A DNA stretch of 64,000 nucleotides from Eubacteriales bacterium (GTDB taxonomy: Bacteria > Bacillota > Clostridia > Oscillospirales > CAG-382). The translations under genes and the position numbers were made by a program. Below are positions 24,570 through 34,006 of the stretch, piece after piece (position 1 is the first letter of the stretch; every line of letters begins with the position of its first letter). The stretch spans positions 2,330 through 66,329 of the forward strand of contig JAZNCU010000031.1 of assembly GCA_045587745.1 (NCBI GenBank). Direction: 5' to 3'. The notes beneath the pieces are model-generated. The model saw only the letters and a list, made by a program, of their open reading frames with translations, was not told the origin of the DNA and made no database searches.

Positions 24570-27296
24570 TTAATTGCGTTTAGCTCTGTAAACAACTGCG
24601 CCCGCAAGCGAGAGTGCCGCAACGGCAACTATGATCCATACCCAGAAGGGAATAGATGCATCGCCGGCAGAATCGGTATCTCCGTCCGAAACAGGCTCGG
24701 AAACCTCCTCCGCCTGCACGGTAACAGTTACGGGATCGGCATAAAGAACGTACTCGCTGCTTCCCGTGGTTTTGGTTTTGAATCCGACGAGAACGGTTGC
24801 ACTGCCTTCCTTTACGGCAGTGAGCTTTGTGCCGTCAACGGTGACGGCGTCGCCGTCGATAACGGTGATAACAAGGTTGGATCCGATGGATTTTTCCTCG
24901 CCGCCGTAGGTGACTCCGTTTACGGTAACGCTCGCGGTTTCGGAGGGAGCGAGAGTTATATCGCCGCAGGAGATGTATTTATACATATTCTTTGCCCACT
25001 GACAGTCATCGGTGGTGATGCCGTCTGCACAGGTAATAAACGCTACGTTGTTGTTGGAAGCGGTATAGGTCCAGGGCCATACCGTAATTCCTCTGTCGGC
25101 GGTTGCAGCAAGGAAATACTTGCTTACCGCACCCGAGCCGACGTTGATGGTGCTGTCACAGCTCTGCGCCGAAGCAAGGTGGGTATAAAGCACCTCGAGC
25201 GCATCCTCGATAGTGGAGGAAACTCCGCCCGAAAGGAGGTATCCGGTAGATGCGCCGGGGAGAGCTGTCTGAACGTTTTTGAGGAAGATGGAGGAGAAGG
25301 AGATAAAGTCAACTCTGTCCTCCATTCCCATCTCGGCAACCAATTTTGCCGATTCTGTGGCAACTCCGGCGTCGCCGCCCTTGATCTCAACGAATATCAT
25401 AAGATCCTCATAGTCCTTGACAGCCTCGAGGAACTCTCTCATAGTGGGAACCTTTTCCTCGGTGACCTTGTTGCTTCTGTCAAGCAGGAAATATTCCTTG
25501 ATCTGTGCAAGCGTCATATTATAGGCGGTTCCCTTGCCGGTGGTGGTACGGTCAAGGGTATCGTCGTGGAGGACGATGATCTCCTTGTCTTTGGTAAAGC
25601 GGACATCAATCTCAACAACGTCGGCACCGTTCTCATAGGCGGTGATTGCGCCGAGAATAGAGTTCTCGGGAGCCTGCGAGGGGTTGCCTCTGTGTCCGAT
25701 GATAATAGGAGTTCTTGTCATTGTATTCTCGGCAAACAGCGAGGTGAAGCAATCGGCAACGGCATTTCCGTCGCCCGAGACAACGGCGTTTGCGCCTGCA
25801 GTGAGAGCCTTTGCGATATCAACGGTAGAAGGCTCGCTTCCGACGTTGACCCAAACCGCAACTGCCAGCTCCTGAAGCTGAAGCAGTACGCTCTTGTTAA
25901 CGTTCTCTACGTCAACTACAGCAAAGGATGCACGTGCGAGGTTGACCGACTCACGAATCTCGTTTGCCTCGGCATCGGTAAGGCTGTCTTTATCGAGGTC
26001 AACTATAAGTCCTGCACGCAGAATGGGGCGGGCGGTACGCGCCTTGATGAGCGCATCGGCGTTTGCCGACACGACGCTCACGTCGTTATTTCCGCTGCCC
26101 TTGCAGGCGTTTGCAACGTTTGCTGCCTGCTCCTCGGTTTTGATCAAGTATCCGACGATAACGTTCTTTTCCCTGAACGCCTTGAGATCCTCGGCAAGAT
26201 CGGCTGCCGAAGCAACGGTATCGCCAAGGTCGATAAGAATGTTGCCGGGGCAATCATCCGAGCCAAGAAGCGCGTCGGTCTCGCTGTAATCTACGGTCAC
26301 AACGTTACCGGTGTTGTTGATAAGATTCGTCTCTGCGTGTGCAGGGTTCGAGAGATTGAGCTTGCGCTCGGGACGGGTGGGCTTGGTCTCCTGAACGGTG
26401 ATGCGGATATCGCTCACGTTAAGAGTGCCGTAGTTCATTATAAGAGCAACCTGACCCTTGCTGTAGGAGGTAGCCGAGGTAATATACAGCTCCTCTGTTC
26501 CGTCTATACTGTACTGAACGTCGCTGCCGTAAGCCGCAACCGTAATCTCGTGCCAATCGTCCTTCATCGAGGCGATATCGCCCGAGGTGGTAAGCATTAC
26601 GTTCCAGGCGTTTGCGGGAGTACGCTCGGCAAATTCAATTCCGCTTGAGCCCGTGGTGTTCTCGCGGATACACATATGGTAGTAAGGATAATACTTGCCG
26701 CCGTTGTTCTGCATACGGTATGCAACAGAGCACCAGCGCGAGGTGTTTGCGGTGGTGAGCATTTTGAGGTTGGCGGTAATGGAATAGTCACCGAAATCGG
26801 CGAGCCATCCGGGAAGCACAAGACGTGCTATTTCGACGTTAAGGTTGCCCAGCACGAGGCCGTCGCTGTTAAATGCAACTGCGCTGTGACCTACTGCCGT
26901 AAAGCCGTCTGCCTGAAGGTCGGCAAGGCTCGAGTAATCCGAAAAATCGGTATAGAACAGCTCGTAATCGGTATCATTCTCTGCTTTGACCACAACGTAA
27001 ACGTTGGCGGTCTCGTTTCCGCTCTTTGCGACAAGAGCAATAACGCCCTTCTCGGTACATTCAACCGAGGTAACCGAGCTTCCGTTCCGAGTCCAGCTTA
27101 CGTTGGATTTTACTCCGCTCGGAAAGGTAACGGAATAGTCCGAAAGGTCTATGCTGTCGCCCACCGTAGCGGTGATTGCGGGGCTTGTTGCCGAAACAAC
27201 CGCCTCCTCGGCGGCAGCAGGGAGTGCCAATGGCAGGCAAAGCGTACATACGGTAAGGATTGCAAGCATCAGCGAAAGAATTTTTCTTGAGTTCAT
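24570..27296 (-). CDS. cell-surface glycerophosphodiester phosphodiesterase (GDPD) family multidomain protein
   Basis: Signal peptide and a jelly-roll/LamG-like region. The GDPD core is IIGHRGNPSQAPENSILG...DVVEIDVRFTKDKEIIVLHDDTLDRTT. It also has a Big_2-like domain and a C-terminal TM anchor plus RAKRN. Confidence 0.8.
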   Translation of the reverse strand: MNSRKILSLMLAILTVCTLCLPLALPAAAEEAVVSATSPAITATVGDSIDLSDYSVTFPSGVKSNVSWTRNGSSVTSVECTEKGVIALVAKSGNETANVYVVVKAENDTDYELFYTDFSDYSSLADLQADGFTAVGHSAVAFNSDGLVLGNLNVEIARLVLPGWLADFGDYSITANLKMLTTANTSRWCSVAYRMQNNGGKYYPYYHMCIRENTTGSSGIEFAERTPANAWNVMLTTSGDIASMKDDWHEITVAAYGSDVQYSIDGTEELYITSATSYSKGQVALIMNYGTLNVSDIRITVQETKPTRPERKLNLSNPAHAETNLINNTGNVVTVDYSETDALLGSDDCPGNILIDLGDTVASAADLAEDLKAFREKNVIVGYLIKTEEQAANVANACKGSGNNDVSVVSANADALIKARTARPILRAGLIVDLDKDSLTDAEANEIRESVNLARASFAVVDVENVNKSVLLQLQELAVAVWVNVGSEPSTVDIAKALTAGANAVVSGDGNAVADCFTSLFAENTMTRTPIIIGHRGNPSQAPENSILGAITAYENGADVVEIDVRFTKDKEIIVLHDDTLDRTTTGKGTAYNMTLAQIKEYFLLDRSNKVTEEKVPTMREFLEAVKDYEDLMIFVEIKGGDAGVATESAKLVAEMGMEDRVDFISFSSIFLKNVQTALPGASTGYLLSGGVSSTIEDALEVLYTHLASAQSCDSTINVGSGAVSKYFLAATADRGITVWPWTYTASNNNVAFITCADGITTDDCQWAKNMYKYISCGDITLAPSETASVTVNGVTYGGEEKSIGSNLVITVIDGDAVTVDGTKLTAVKEGSATVLVGFKTKTTGSSEYVLYADPVTVTVQAEEVSEPVSDGDTDSAGDASIPFWVWIIVAVAALSLAGAVVYRAKRN

Positions 27297-27314
27297 AGAG
27301 CTCCTCCGTTTATT

Positions 27315-27500
27315 TCAATTTTGTTTTCGTACGGTTTTATATTCGTCATAGGGACGGTAGTATTTGCAAACACGGCTTCCCGATGAAATGAAGCTGACCA
27401 GCTCGTCCTCGTCAAGCCTTGCGCCGCAGACGTAGCTGCCTGTCACCTCGTCATAAATGCAGTTTTCGCAATCGGTGCAAAGCGATTCGTCAAGATTCAT
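27315..27500 (-). CDS. small Cys-rich protein (61 aa)
   Basis: MNLDESLCTDCENCIYDEVTGSYVCGARLDEDE...VCKYY contains a CxxCxxC...C...C pattern. The ATG at 27500 lies 5 nt after a GAGG that overlaps the upstream stop. The longer ORF-track start would overlap the upstream gene. Confidence 0.45.
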   Translation of the reverse strand: MNLDESLCTDCENCIYDEVTGSYVCGARLDEDELVSFISSGSRVCKYYRPYDEYKTVRKQN

Positions 27501-27507
27501 ATCCGCC

Positions 27508-28059
27508 TCACAGTGCGCCGTCATATTTTGCGGCAACGGATGCATTGATGTCCTTGACCGCAGTGTAATAAACGTATTTTCCGACAGCCTTTACCACAGC
27601 GGTGGTAAGCGGCGTTGTGTCTATCGAGGGATAGTTAACGGCATTTGCCAGCTTGAGCTGGATACGGGCGTTGATATACGCCTCCATAAGAAGCGCGGCT
27701 TCCTCGCTCACCATCTCAAAAACTCCCGTCTCGCAGGGGTTAACGGGCTTTGTTTCATCAATATATGCACAGTAGGAAACAAAATCGGTAGTTACGGGCG
27801 CCTCAGCGGCATCGCCGTAATAACCCCGAAGCAGGTCATCGTCAAATTTTACCGCACCCTCGGCATCGCCCGAGGAATAAAGAGTACCGCCCGAGAATTC
27901 GCCCTCTTCGAGAGCCCAAAGCACGAGAGCCTGAACGTCGGCAGGTTCTTTTTGTTCCTCCGAACCGGTTGATGAAACGTTACTTTCGCTTCCGCCCGTG
28001 CAGGAAGCAAGCACAGTCACGCTGAACAGGGCAAGAATAACGGCAACAAGCTTTTTCAT
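27508..28059 (-). CDS. lipoprotein, DUF4358-like
   Basis: Signal peptide with lipobox MKKLVAVILALFSVTVLASC (start at 28059). The overall size and layout resemble clostridial DUF4358 lipoproteins, but that assignment is from memory. Confidence 0.5.
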   Translation of the reverse strand: MKKLVAVILALFSVTVLASCTGGSESNVSSTGSEEQKEPADVQALVLWALEEGEFSGGTLYSSGDAEGAVKFDDDLLRGYYGDAAEAPVTTDFVSYCAYIDETKPVNPCETGVFEMVSEEAALLMEAYINARIQLKLANAVNYPSIDTTPLTTAVVKAVGKYVYYTAVKDINASVAAKYDGAL

Positions 28060-28190
28060 TTTCGCTCCTCTTTTCCAATTATTATTTATGCATATTTTAA
28101 CGCACCCCTGCCCGAAAGTCAAGTTTTATAAAAAACTCTTTTCAAACCGACTTTTTTGTGGTATCATATTACTCGTATTCGGAGGGCTCT

Positions 28191-29585
28191 ATGGTTTTTT
28201 CATCTTTGATATTCATATTTGCATATCTTCCGATTACCCTTGCAGTCTATTTTTTGGTGCCGCACAGGGTAAGGAATCTTGCGCTTTTTGTGCTGAGCCT
28301 GCTTTTTTACGGCTGGGGCGAGCCGAAATATATTGCACTGATGCTGTTTTCGATCATATCGGCGTATGCCTTCGGCTTTGGCATCGAGCGCACGAGAGAC
28401 AACAGGCCGCTTTGCCGCACGCTTATGTTAGCCTCGCTCGCAGTAAATCTTGCGGCTCTGCTGTTTTTTAAGTACGCAAACTTTTTTATAACCAACCTGA
28501 GCGCACTCATCCCCTCGCTTGAGCTTGCGCCCATCGAGGGACTTACGCTCCCCGTCGGAATATCCTTTTACACCTTCCAGATTATGTCCTACACCATCGA
28601 CCTGTACAGAGGCGATGTTGAATGTGCAAGAAGATTCGTGCCGTTTGGCACCTACGTAACGCTGTTTCCTCAGCTTATAGCAGGCCCGATAGTCCGTTAC
28701 AGCGACGTTTGCGACCAGCTTACCGACCGCAGGGAAAGCGTTTCGATGTTTGCGGCAGGCGCAAGGCGGTTTGTTTGCGGTCTGTCCAAAAAGCTCCTGC
28801 TCGGTGATTCCGCCGCAGAGGTGGCGGAATATTTCCGTACGAGTGCCGAGTTTGCTCCAACCGCAGGGGGCGCTTGGGTGATGGCGATTTTTTACACCTT
28901 CCACATTTATTTTGATTTTTCGGGCTACTCGGATATGGCGATCGGACTCGGAATGATGTTCGGCTTCCGCTTCCCCGAGAACTTTAATTACCCCTACATA
29001 GCGCAGAGCGTTACCGATTTCTGGCGCAGGTGGCATATAACGCTGTCCACCTGGTTCAGAGAGTACGTTTATATCCCTCTCGGGGGCAACCGCAAGGGAA
29101 AAGCGAGGCAGTACCTAAACCTCGCTGTCGTGTGGTTTCTCACCGGCTTCTGGCACGGCGCCGATTGGAACTATATCCTGTGGGGAATATATTTCCTCGT
29201 TTTGCTGGTGCTCGAAAAGGCGTTTGCTCTCAGGGTATACAAAAAAATCCCTCTGCTCGGACGTGTGCTCACAACCCTGTCTATCGTGTTCGGATGGGTA
29301 ATATTCTTCTTTAACGACCTGAGCGAGCTGCTTTCGGTTGCCAAAAGAATGATAGGGCTCGGCACATCGGGCGGAATAGGCATTGAGTCGCTGAGGCTGA
29401 TCCCCTTTGGGATCATCTGCGCTCTCGCCTGCACCCCCATCCCAAGGCGGATGCTGGACAAATGCTTTGAAAAATACCCTGCAACACGCGCGTTTTCTCC
29501 CGTTTTGGTCACAGCCGCGCTTGTTCTGTGCATATCGGCGATGGTGAGTGATACCTTCTCGCCGTTCCTGTACTACATCTTTTAG
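28191..29585 (+). CDS. MBOAT-family membrane O-acyltransferase (AlgI/DltB/PatA-like)
   Basis: N-terminal MVFSSLIFIFAYLPI and the invariant-His block FWRRWHITLSTWFREYVYIPLGGN. The ATG follows GGAGGG. Confidence 0.9.
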   Translation: MVFSSLIFIFAYLPITLAVYFLVPHRVRNLALFVLSLLFYGWGEPKYIALMLFSIISAYAFGFGIERTRDNRPLCRTLMLASLAVNLAALLFFKYANFFITNLSALIPSLELAPIEGLTLPVGISFYTFQIMSYTIDLYRGDVECARRFVPFGTYVTLFPQLIAGPIVRYSDVCDQLTDRRESVSMFAAGARRFVCGLSKKLLLGDSAAEVAEYFRTSAEFAPTAGGAWVMAIFYTFHIYFDFSGYSDMAIGLGMMFGFRFPENFNYPYIAQSVTDFWRRWHITLSTWFREYVYIPLGGNRKGKARQYLNLAVVWFLTGFWHGADWNYILWGIYFLVLLVLEKAFALRVYKKIPLLGRVLTTLSIVFGWVIFFFNDLSELLSVAKRMIGLGTSGGIGIESLRLIPFGIICALACTPIPRRMLDKCFEKYPATRAFSPVLVTAALVLCISAMVSDTFSPFLYYIF

Positions 29586-29594
29586 GAGGGCGAT

Positions 29595-30749
29595 ATGGGA
29601 AAACGCAATGATTTGATTACGGTTATATGTTTCCTTCTTGTGATCGCCTTTTTCTCGGCGGCGTTTATCATAATGCCCGATAGGGAGCGAAGCGAGCAGG
29701 AAAACCGTCCGCTTGCACAAATGCCCGAGCTGACGGCAGACTCGCTGTTCTCAGGACAGCTGTCGAACGAGATAAACGTGTACTACGCCGACCAGATGCC
29801 GTTCCGAGCCGAGCTTATGGGAGTACGCTCAACGCTTGACTACCTGCTTTGCAGGGGTGAGACGGGCGGAGTGCTTATAGGCAAAGACGGGCAGCTTGCG
29901 GTGCGGTACTTTGATGCTTATAAATCGATCCTCTTACAGACCGAGGACACCGATTTTTACTACAAGGACAGCGTTATTGCCCAGGCAGATGCGCTTTCCT
30001 CCTGGGCAGAGAGCAGCGGTCTGGAGATCTACACGGTCATTCCTCCGAGAACGGTGGACGTGGCGGTAAGTAATCTTGTCTACACCCCGAAAATTCGGGA
30101 CGAGCTTTACGGCATTCTGAGCGAAAGGCTTGACGGTGCAGGCTATATAGACCTTCTTCCGATAATGACCGCACGTTATGATAACGGCGAGTACGTATAT
30201 TACAAAACCGACCACCACTGGACGACCTACGGTGCCTACCTCGCCTATATCGAGATAATGAAGGCGATGGGGTGTAAGCAGAGCATCGTTCCTATGGAGG
30301 ATTTTGCGGTGGAGCAAATTACGGATTTTTACGGCACGACCGATGCAAAGTCCCTCCTGCCCTTTACCAAAGCGGACACGCTTGAGCTATGGACGCTCGG
30401 GGACGAGGCGGAATACACCGTTATTGCGGACGGCGAGGATATAGGGGGCTTTTATTCGAGAGCTCATCTTGACACAAGAGATAAGTACGCAGTATTCTTG
30501 GACGGTACTCACGGCGTCGTAACGGTTACAAAAAACGGTGAGAGCAGGAAAAAGCTGTTGGTAGCCAAGGATTCCTTTGCCGACTGTCTGATACCCTTCC
30601 TTGCAAGAGAATTTGATATCGTTGCCGTCAATATGGAATCGGCAACGAGCCTTACGGCACTTGCCGAATACTACGGCTGTGATACGATATTGATAGTTTA
30701 TAATGCCGAGAACGTAGTAACAAACGGAACGCTCGGAAAAATTAGATAG
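29595..30749 (+). CDS. DHHW-family protein (AlgJ/AlgX-type SGNH-like acyl-transfer partner), membrane-anchored
   Basis: N-terminal signal anchor and the diagnostic motif YYKTDHHWTTYGAY. Confidence 0.8.
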   Translation: MGKRNDLITVICFLLVIAFFSAAFIIMPDRERSEQENRPLAQMPELTADSLFSGQLSNEINVYYADQMPFRAELMGVRSTLDYLLCRGETGGVLIGKDGQLAVRYFDAYKSILLQTEDTDFYYKDSVIAQADALSSWAESSGLEIYTVIPPRTVDVAVSNLVYTPKIRDELYGILSERLDGAGYIDLLPIMTARYDNGEYVYYKTDHHWTTYGAYLAYIEIMKAMGCKQSIVPMEDFAVEQITDFYGTTDAKSLLPFTKADTLELWTLGDEAEYTVIADGEDIGGFYSRAHLDTRDKYAVFLDGTHGVVTVTKNGESRKKLLVAKDSFADCLIPFLAREFDIVAVNMESATSLTALAEYYGCDTILIVYNAENVVTNGTLGKIR

Positions 30750-30758
30750 GAGTCTATT

Positions 30759-32129
30759 ATGAAAAGGTTTTTGATCGCATTGCTTTGTATGATGCTCGTT
30801 CTCTCTCTCGTTGCCTGCGTAGGCGGAGGCGAGTCAGAGGTATCGGGGTCGGCATCCGAATCGGCTTCGGAAACCGAGTCGGAGGGCGGAAGCGCCGTTT
30901 CCGATGAGAAATCCGGTTCCGCCGAGGAATCCGATGAGGAATCCGATGAGGAATCCAACGAGGATGAATCCTCCGAGGAAAGCGTTGACAACACGGTTTA
31001 CGGCGACAGCGGACTCGTTATCAAGTACGCAAGCTACTCCGAAAAGCCTTATTTTGCGGTAGTGGGCACCTGCGATGAGGGTGCGGTTGTAAGCGCAGTT
31101 ACCGATGAGGGAGTCATTTCCTCGCAGAGCTATCACGGTTGGTTCTCGCTCAGGCTCAAATGCTCGGGCAGCAGCGTAAAGGTCGCTATGTATCAGACCG
31201 TTGACGGAGTTGAGAGCGAAAAAGAAAAATTCTCGCTCAAGCCTATTACTCCGGGAAGCGATATGTGGCCTATCGTGACGGGCGGCGACTATCAGTTCTT
31301 CTTCCAAAAAATGCTCCCCGACTATCAGTGCACCAACGTCCCCTCGAGCGGAAATCTCTCGCAGCTCACCAACAGGATAAAATCCCGTCTTAATGCGCTC
31401 AGCACGTCATCTCCCGACACTGAGATCATATATATGATAGTTCCGTCATCGATGACGGTATATCCCGAGCTCGTTCCCGAAAAATACAAGCAGGGAACGG
31501 GGAAGTCCCGGCTTGATGCCGTTATCGGGGCTATCGAGGCAGGCGGAGCAACCGCAATAGACCTGCGTGATGCCTTTGCCGAGCACAAAAACGAGGAAAT
31601 GCCGCTTTACTACAAGCTCGACAGCCATTGGGCGGAATACGGTGCGTTTGTTGCCTACACCGAGCTGTTTGACCATATTTCGCAGAAGTTTCCTGCCGCC
31701 GCACCCCGTGCGCTCGATGAGTTTACGTGGGAAGGCAAATTCTTCAGCAGCGGCGATATGACCTATTATCTCGCAATGTCGCAGTCGGCAGTTCCCGAGT
31801 ACAGCTATTATCGCACCGCAAACTTTGATATGCCCTCGGAAATCAGTTCTATCCCCCGCTACCGTGCCACCAACTCGCTTGTTTACAGCAACCAGGTTAC
31901 CTACGAATACACGATTGACACAAATCGTTCCAACCTCCCCTCCTGTATAGTAATGAGGGATTCCTACTCGACACAGCTGTTCGATATCCTTGCCGAGAGA
32001 ATGGACACCACCGTTTACAAAGGAATGTGGGGCTACACCTGGAATCAGCAGGAGATCTCCTCCATGAAGCCCGATTACGTTATCTATATCCTTGCCGAGT
32101 GGAATATCGACTCGGTGCTTTACAACTGA
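30759..32129 (+). CDS. AlgJ/AlgX-like O-acyltransferase-associated lipoprotein (second paralogue)
   Basis: Lipobox LSLVAC, an acidic Ser/Glu linker, and the motif YYKLDSHWAEYGAF (DxHW). Confidence 0.65.
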   Translation: MKRFLIALLCMMLVLSLVACVGGGESEVSGSASESASETESEGGSAVSDEKSGSAEESDEESDEESNEDESSEESVDNTVYGDSGLVIKYASYSEKPYFAVVGTCDEGAVVSAVTDEGVISSQSYHGWFSLRLKCSGSSVKVAMYQTVDGVESEKEKFSLKPITPGSDMWPIVTGGDYQFFFQKMLPDYQCTNVPSSGNLSQLTNRIKSRLNALSTSSPDTEIIYMIVPSSMTVYPELVPEKYKQGTGKSRLDAVIGAIEAGGATAIDLRDAFAEHKNEEMPLYYKLDSHWAEYGAFVAYTELFDHISQKFPAAAPRALDEFTWEGKFFSSGDMTYYLAMSQSAVPEYSYYRTANFDMPSEISSIPRYRATNSLVYSNQVTYEYTIDTNRSNLPSCIVMRDSYSTQLFDILAERMDTTVYKGMWGYTWNQQEISSMKPDYVIYILAEWNIDSVLYN

Positions 32130-32164
32130 CCTAATGCCTCCGCAGGCATTCTGATGAGCAAAAA

Positions 32165-32201
32165 AGAGCAAGAACCAAAGGGATTTCCCTGTTCTTGCTC
32201 T
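32165..32201. terminator. bidirectional intrinsic terminator
   Basis: Perfect 11-bp stem AGAGCAAGAAC / GTTCTTGCTCT, with AAAAA upstream and TGTTTTTT downstream. Confidence 0.75.
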
Positions 32202-32244
32202 TGTTTTTTATGTGCGTAAATCAGCAACGATCGCAAAGGCCGTA

Positions 32245-32676
32245 TTAAACGCCGTAGACCTCTTTTTCGTCAAGAATATCGCATCCGCCTTCAAGAAGCG
32301 CTTTGACCGCAACGTCGTTATCGAGCACACGCATGATAAGATACGCTCTCTCGGCATCACGGGAGATGAATGCATACATATACTCAACGCTGATGCCGTT
32401 CTCGGCAAGCGATTTGATGGCGTTTGCGAATCCGCCGGGCTTATCGGGGATACCGACTGCGATAACGTTTGTAAGCGAAACGGTGAGTCCCGCCTCCTTG
32501 AGAGCACGCTCGGCGTCATCGGGGCGGTTCACGACAAGGCGAAGAATACCGAAATCGGTGGTATCGGCAATAGAAAGCGCCTTGATATCAATTCCGTTTG
32601 CGGCAATGATGGCGGTTATGTCGGCAAGTCTGCCGGATTTGTTCTCAACAAATACAGAAAGCTGTTTAATATACAT
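32245..32676 (-). CDS. ACT-domain protein
   Basis: 143 aa. MYIKQLSVFVENKSGRLADITAII..NGIDI.ALSIADT and the repeated VIAVGIPDKPGGFA indicate two ACT-like halves. ACT proteins of this kind usually follow PaaK-type ligases. Confidence 0.75.
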   Translation of the reverse strand: MYIKQLSVFVENKSGRLADITAIIAANGIDIKALSIADTTDFGILRLVVNRPDDAERALKEAGLTVSLTNVIAVGIPDKPGGFANAIKSLAENGISVEYMYAFISRDAERAYLIMRVLDNDVAVKALLEGGCDILDEKEVYGV

Positions 32677-32688
32677 TGCGTGCTCCTT

Positions 32689-33987
32689 TCATATCTTGCG
32701 GTTATCAATAACTCGTTTTGCCTTGCCCTCGCTGCGGGGAATGGTGCCGTACTCAACGAGCTTTACGTTTGCGTGGACGTTGAGGATATTCTGAAGCGAA
32801 CCCTCAATATGCTTCTTTTTGGCCTCAAGCTCCTTTACGGTATCCGAGAAGAAGTTTTGCGCCATTTCGACCTGAACCTCAAGCGTATCGAGGTTGTTTT
32901 TGCGGTCGACCACGATAAGATAGTTTGGCTCCATACCGAGCTCAAGCAGTACGTGCTCGATCTGGGAAGGAAAGACGTTCACACCCCTGATGATAAGCAT
33001 ATCGTCACTGCGTCCTACAGGCTTGGTCATACGAACCGTGGTTCTGCCGCAGGCACATTTTTCGTGAGTGAGCGAGCAAAGGTCACGGGTGCGGTAACGG
33101 ATAAGAGGCAGTGCCTCTTTTCCGATACAGGTGAACACGAGCTCACCGATCTGTCCGTCGGGAAGGGGCGTCAGCGTTTCGGGATCAACTACCTCGGGGT
33201 AGAAGTAATCCTCGTTGATGTGCATTCCGCACTGATACTCGCAATCGCAGGAAACACCGGGACCTGCTATCTCGGAAAGCCCGTAGATATCGTACGCCTT
33301 GATGTTGAGCAGCTGCTCGATCTGCTTGCGCATATTCTCGGTCCAGGGCTCTGCACCGAAAATACCCGCCTTGAGCTTGATGGACTCGAGAGGAATGCCG
33401 TTATCCCTGATCGCCTCACCGAGATACATTGCGTAGGACGGCGTGCAGGCGAGAATCGTAGAACCGAAATCCTGAAACAGCTGAAGCTGTCTTTGGGTGT
33501 TACCCGACGAAACGGGAAGCGCCGTTGCACCGAGATACTCGGCACCGTAATGCAGGCCGAGTCCGCCCGTAAAAAGACCGTAGCCGTAGGCGATATGTAC
33601 GAGATCGTCCTTTGTTCCGCCTGCGGCGGCAATGCTGCGTGCCGCGCATTCAGACCATATATCGATATCGTGAGCGGTGTAGCCAACAACAGTCTGCTTG
33701 CCCGTTGTACCCGAGGAGGCGTGGATCCTTACCAGCTCGCTCTGGGGTACCGCAAAAAGGCCGTAGGGATAATTATCTCGGAGGTCGGTCTTAAGCGTAA
33801 AGGGAAGCTTGGTGATATCCGCGATGCCGTGAATATCATCGGGAGAGATGCCCATTTCGTCCAGCTTGTTTTTGTAAAACGGCACGTTGTTGTACGCATT
33901 CTTTACCATTTTAATGAGCCGAACAGACTGAATGGCTGTCAGCTCGTCCCGTGATGCACATTCGATTTCAGGTTTCAAAATTCCCAT
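32689..33987 (-). CDS. paaK: phenylacetate-CoA ligase family (aryl-acid CoA ligase), copy 2
   Basis: E.ASRDEL..IQS.RL, the AMP-binding P-loop-like IHASSGTTGKQTVV, and the C-terminal IPRSEGKAKRVIDNR. Confidence 0.85.
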   Translation of the reverse strand: MGILKPEIECASRDELTAIQSVRLIKMVKNAYNNVPFYKNKLDEMGISPDDIHGIADITKLPFTLKTDLRDNYPYGLFAVPQSELVRIHASSGTTGKQTVVGYTAHDIDIWSECAARSIAAAGGTKDDLVHIAYGYGLFTGGLGLHYGAEYLGATALPVSSGNTQRQLQLFQDFGSTILACTPSYAMYLGEAIRDNGIPLESIKLKAGIFGAEPWTENMRKQIEQLLNIKAYDIYGLSEIAGPGVSCDCEYQCGMHINEDYFYPEVVDPETLTPLPDGQIGELVFTCIGKEALPLIRYRTRDLCSLTHEKCACGRTTVRMTKPVGRSDDMLIIRGVNVFPSQIEHVLLELGMEPNYLIVVDRKNNLDTLEVQVEMAQNFFSDTVKELEAKKKHIEGSLQNILNVHANVKLVEYGTIPRSEGKAKRVIDNRKI

Positions 33988-34006
33988 AATTAAGCTCCTT
34001 GGTAAA

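Noticed and set aside
25179-26648. 489-aa plus-strand ORF. Similar cases are 61626-63059 (477 aa), 35000-36082, 17966-18994, 14555-15550, 12562-13416 and 52492-53595.
   Set aside because: Each lies fully inside, and antisense to, a motif-supported gene. I treat all of them as non-coding shadow frames.
32212-33954. 580-aa ORF on the plus strand
   Set aside because: It is entirely antisense to a PaaK-type ligase gene that has clear family motifs. Its translation is low-complexity and Arg/Gly/Val-rich with no recognisable motifs or RBS. This is a typical shadow ORF in GC-rich coding DNA.
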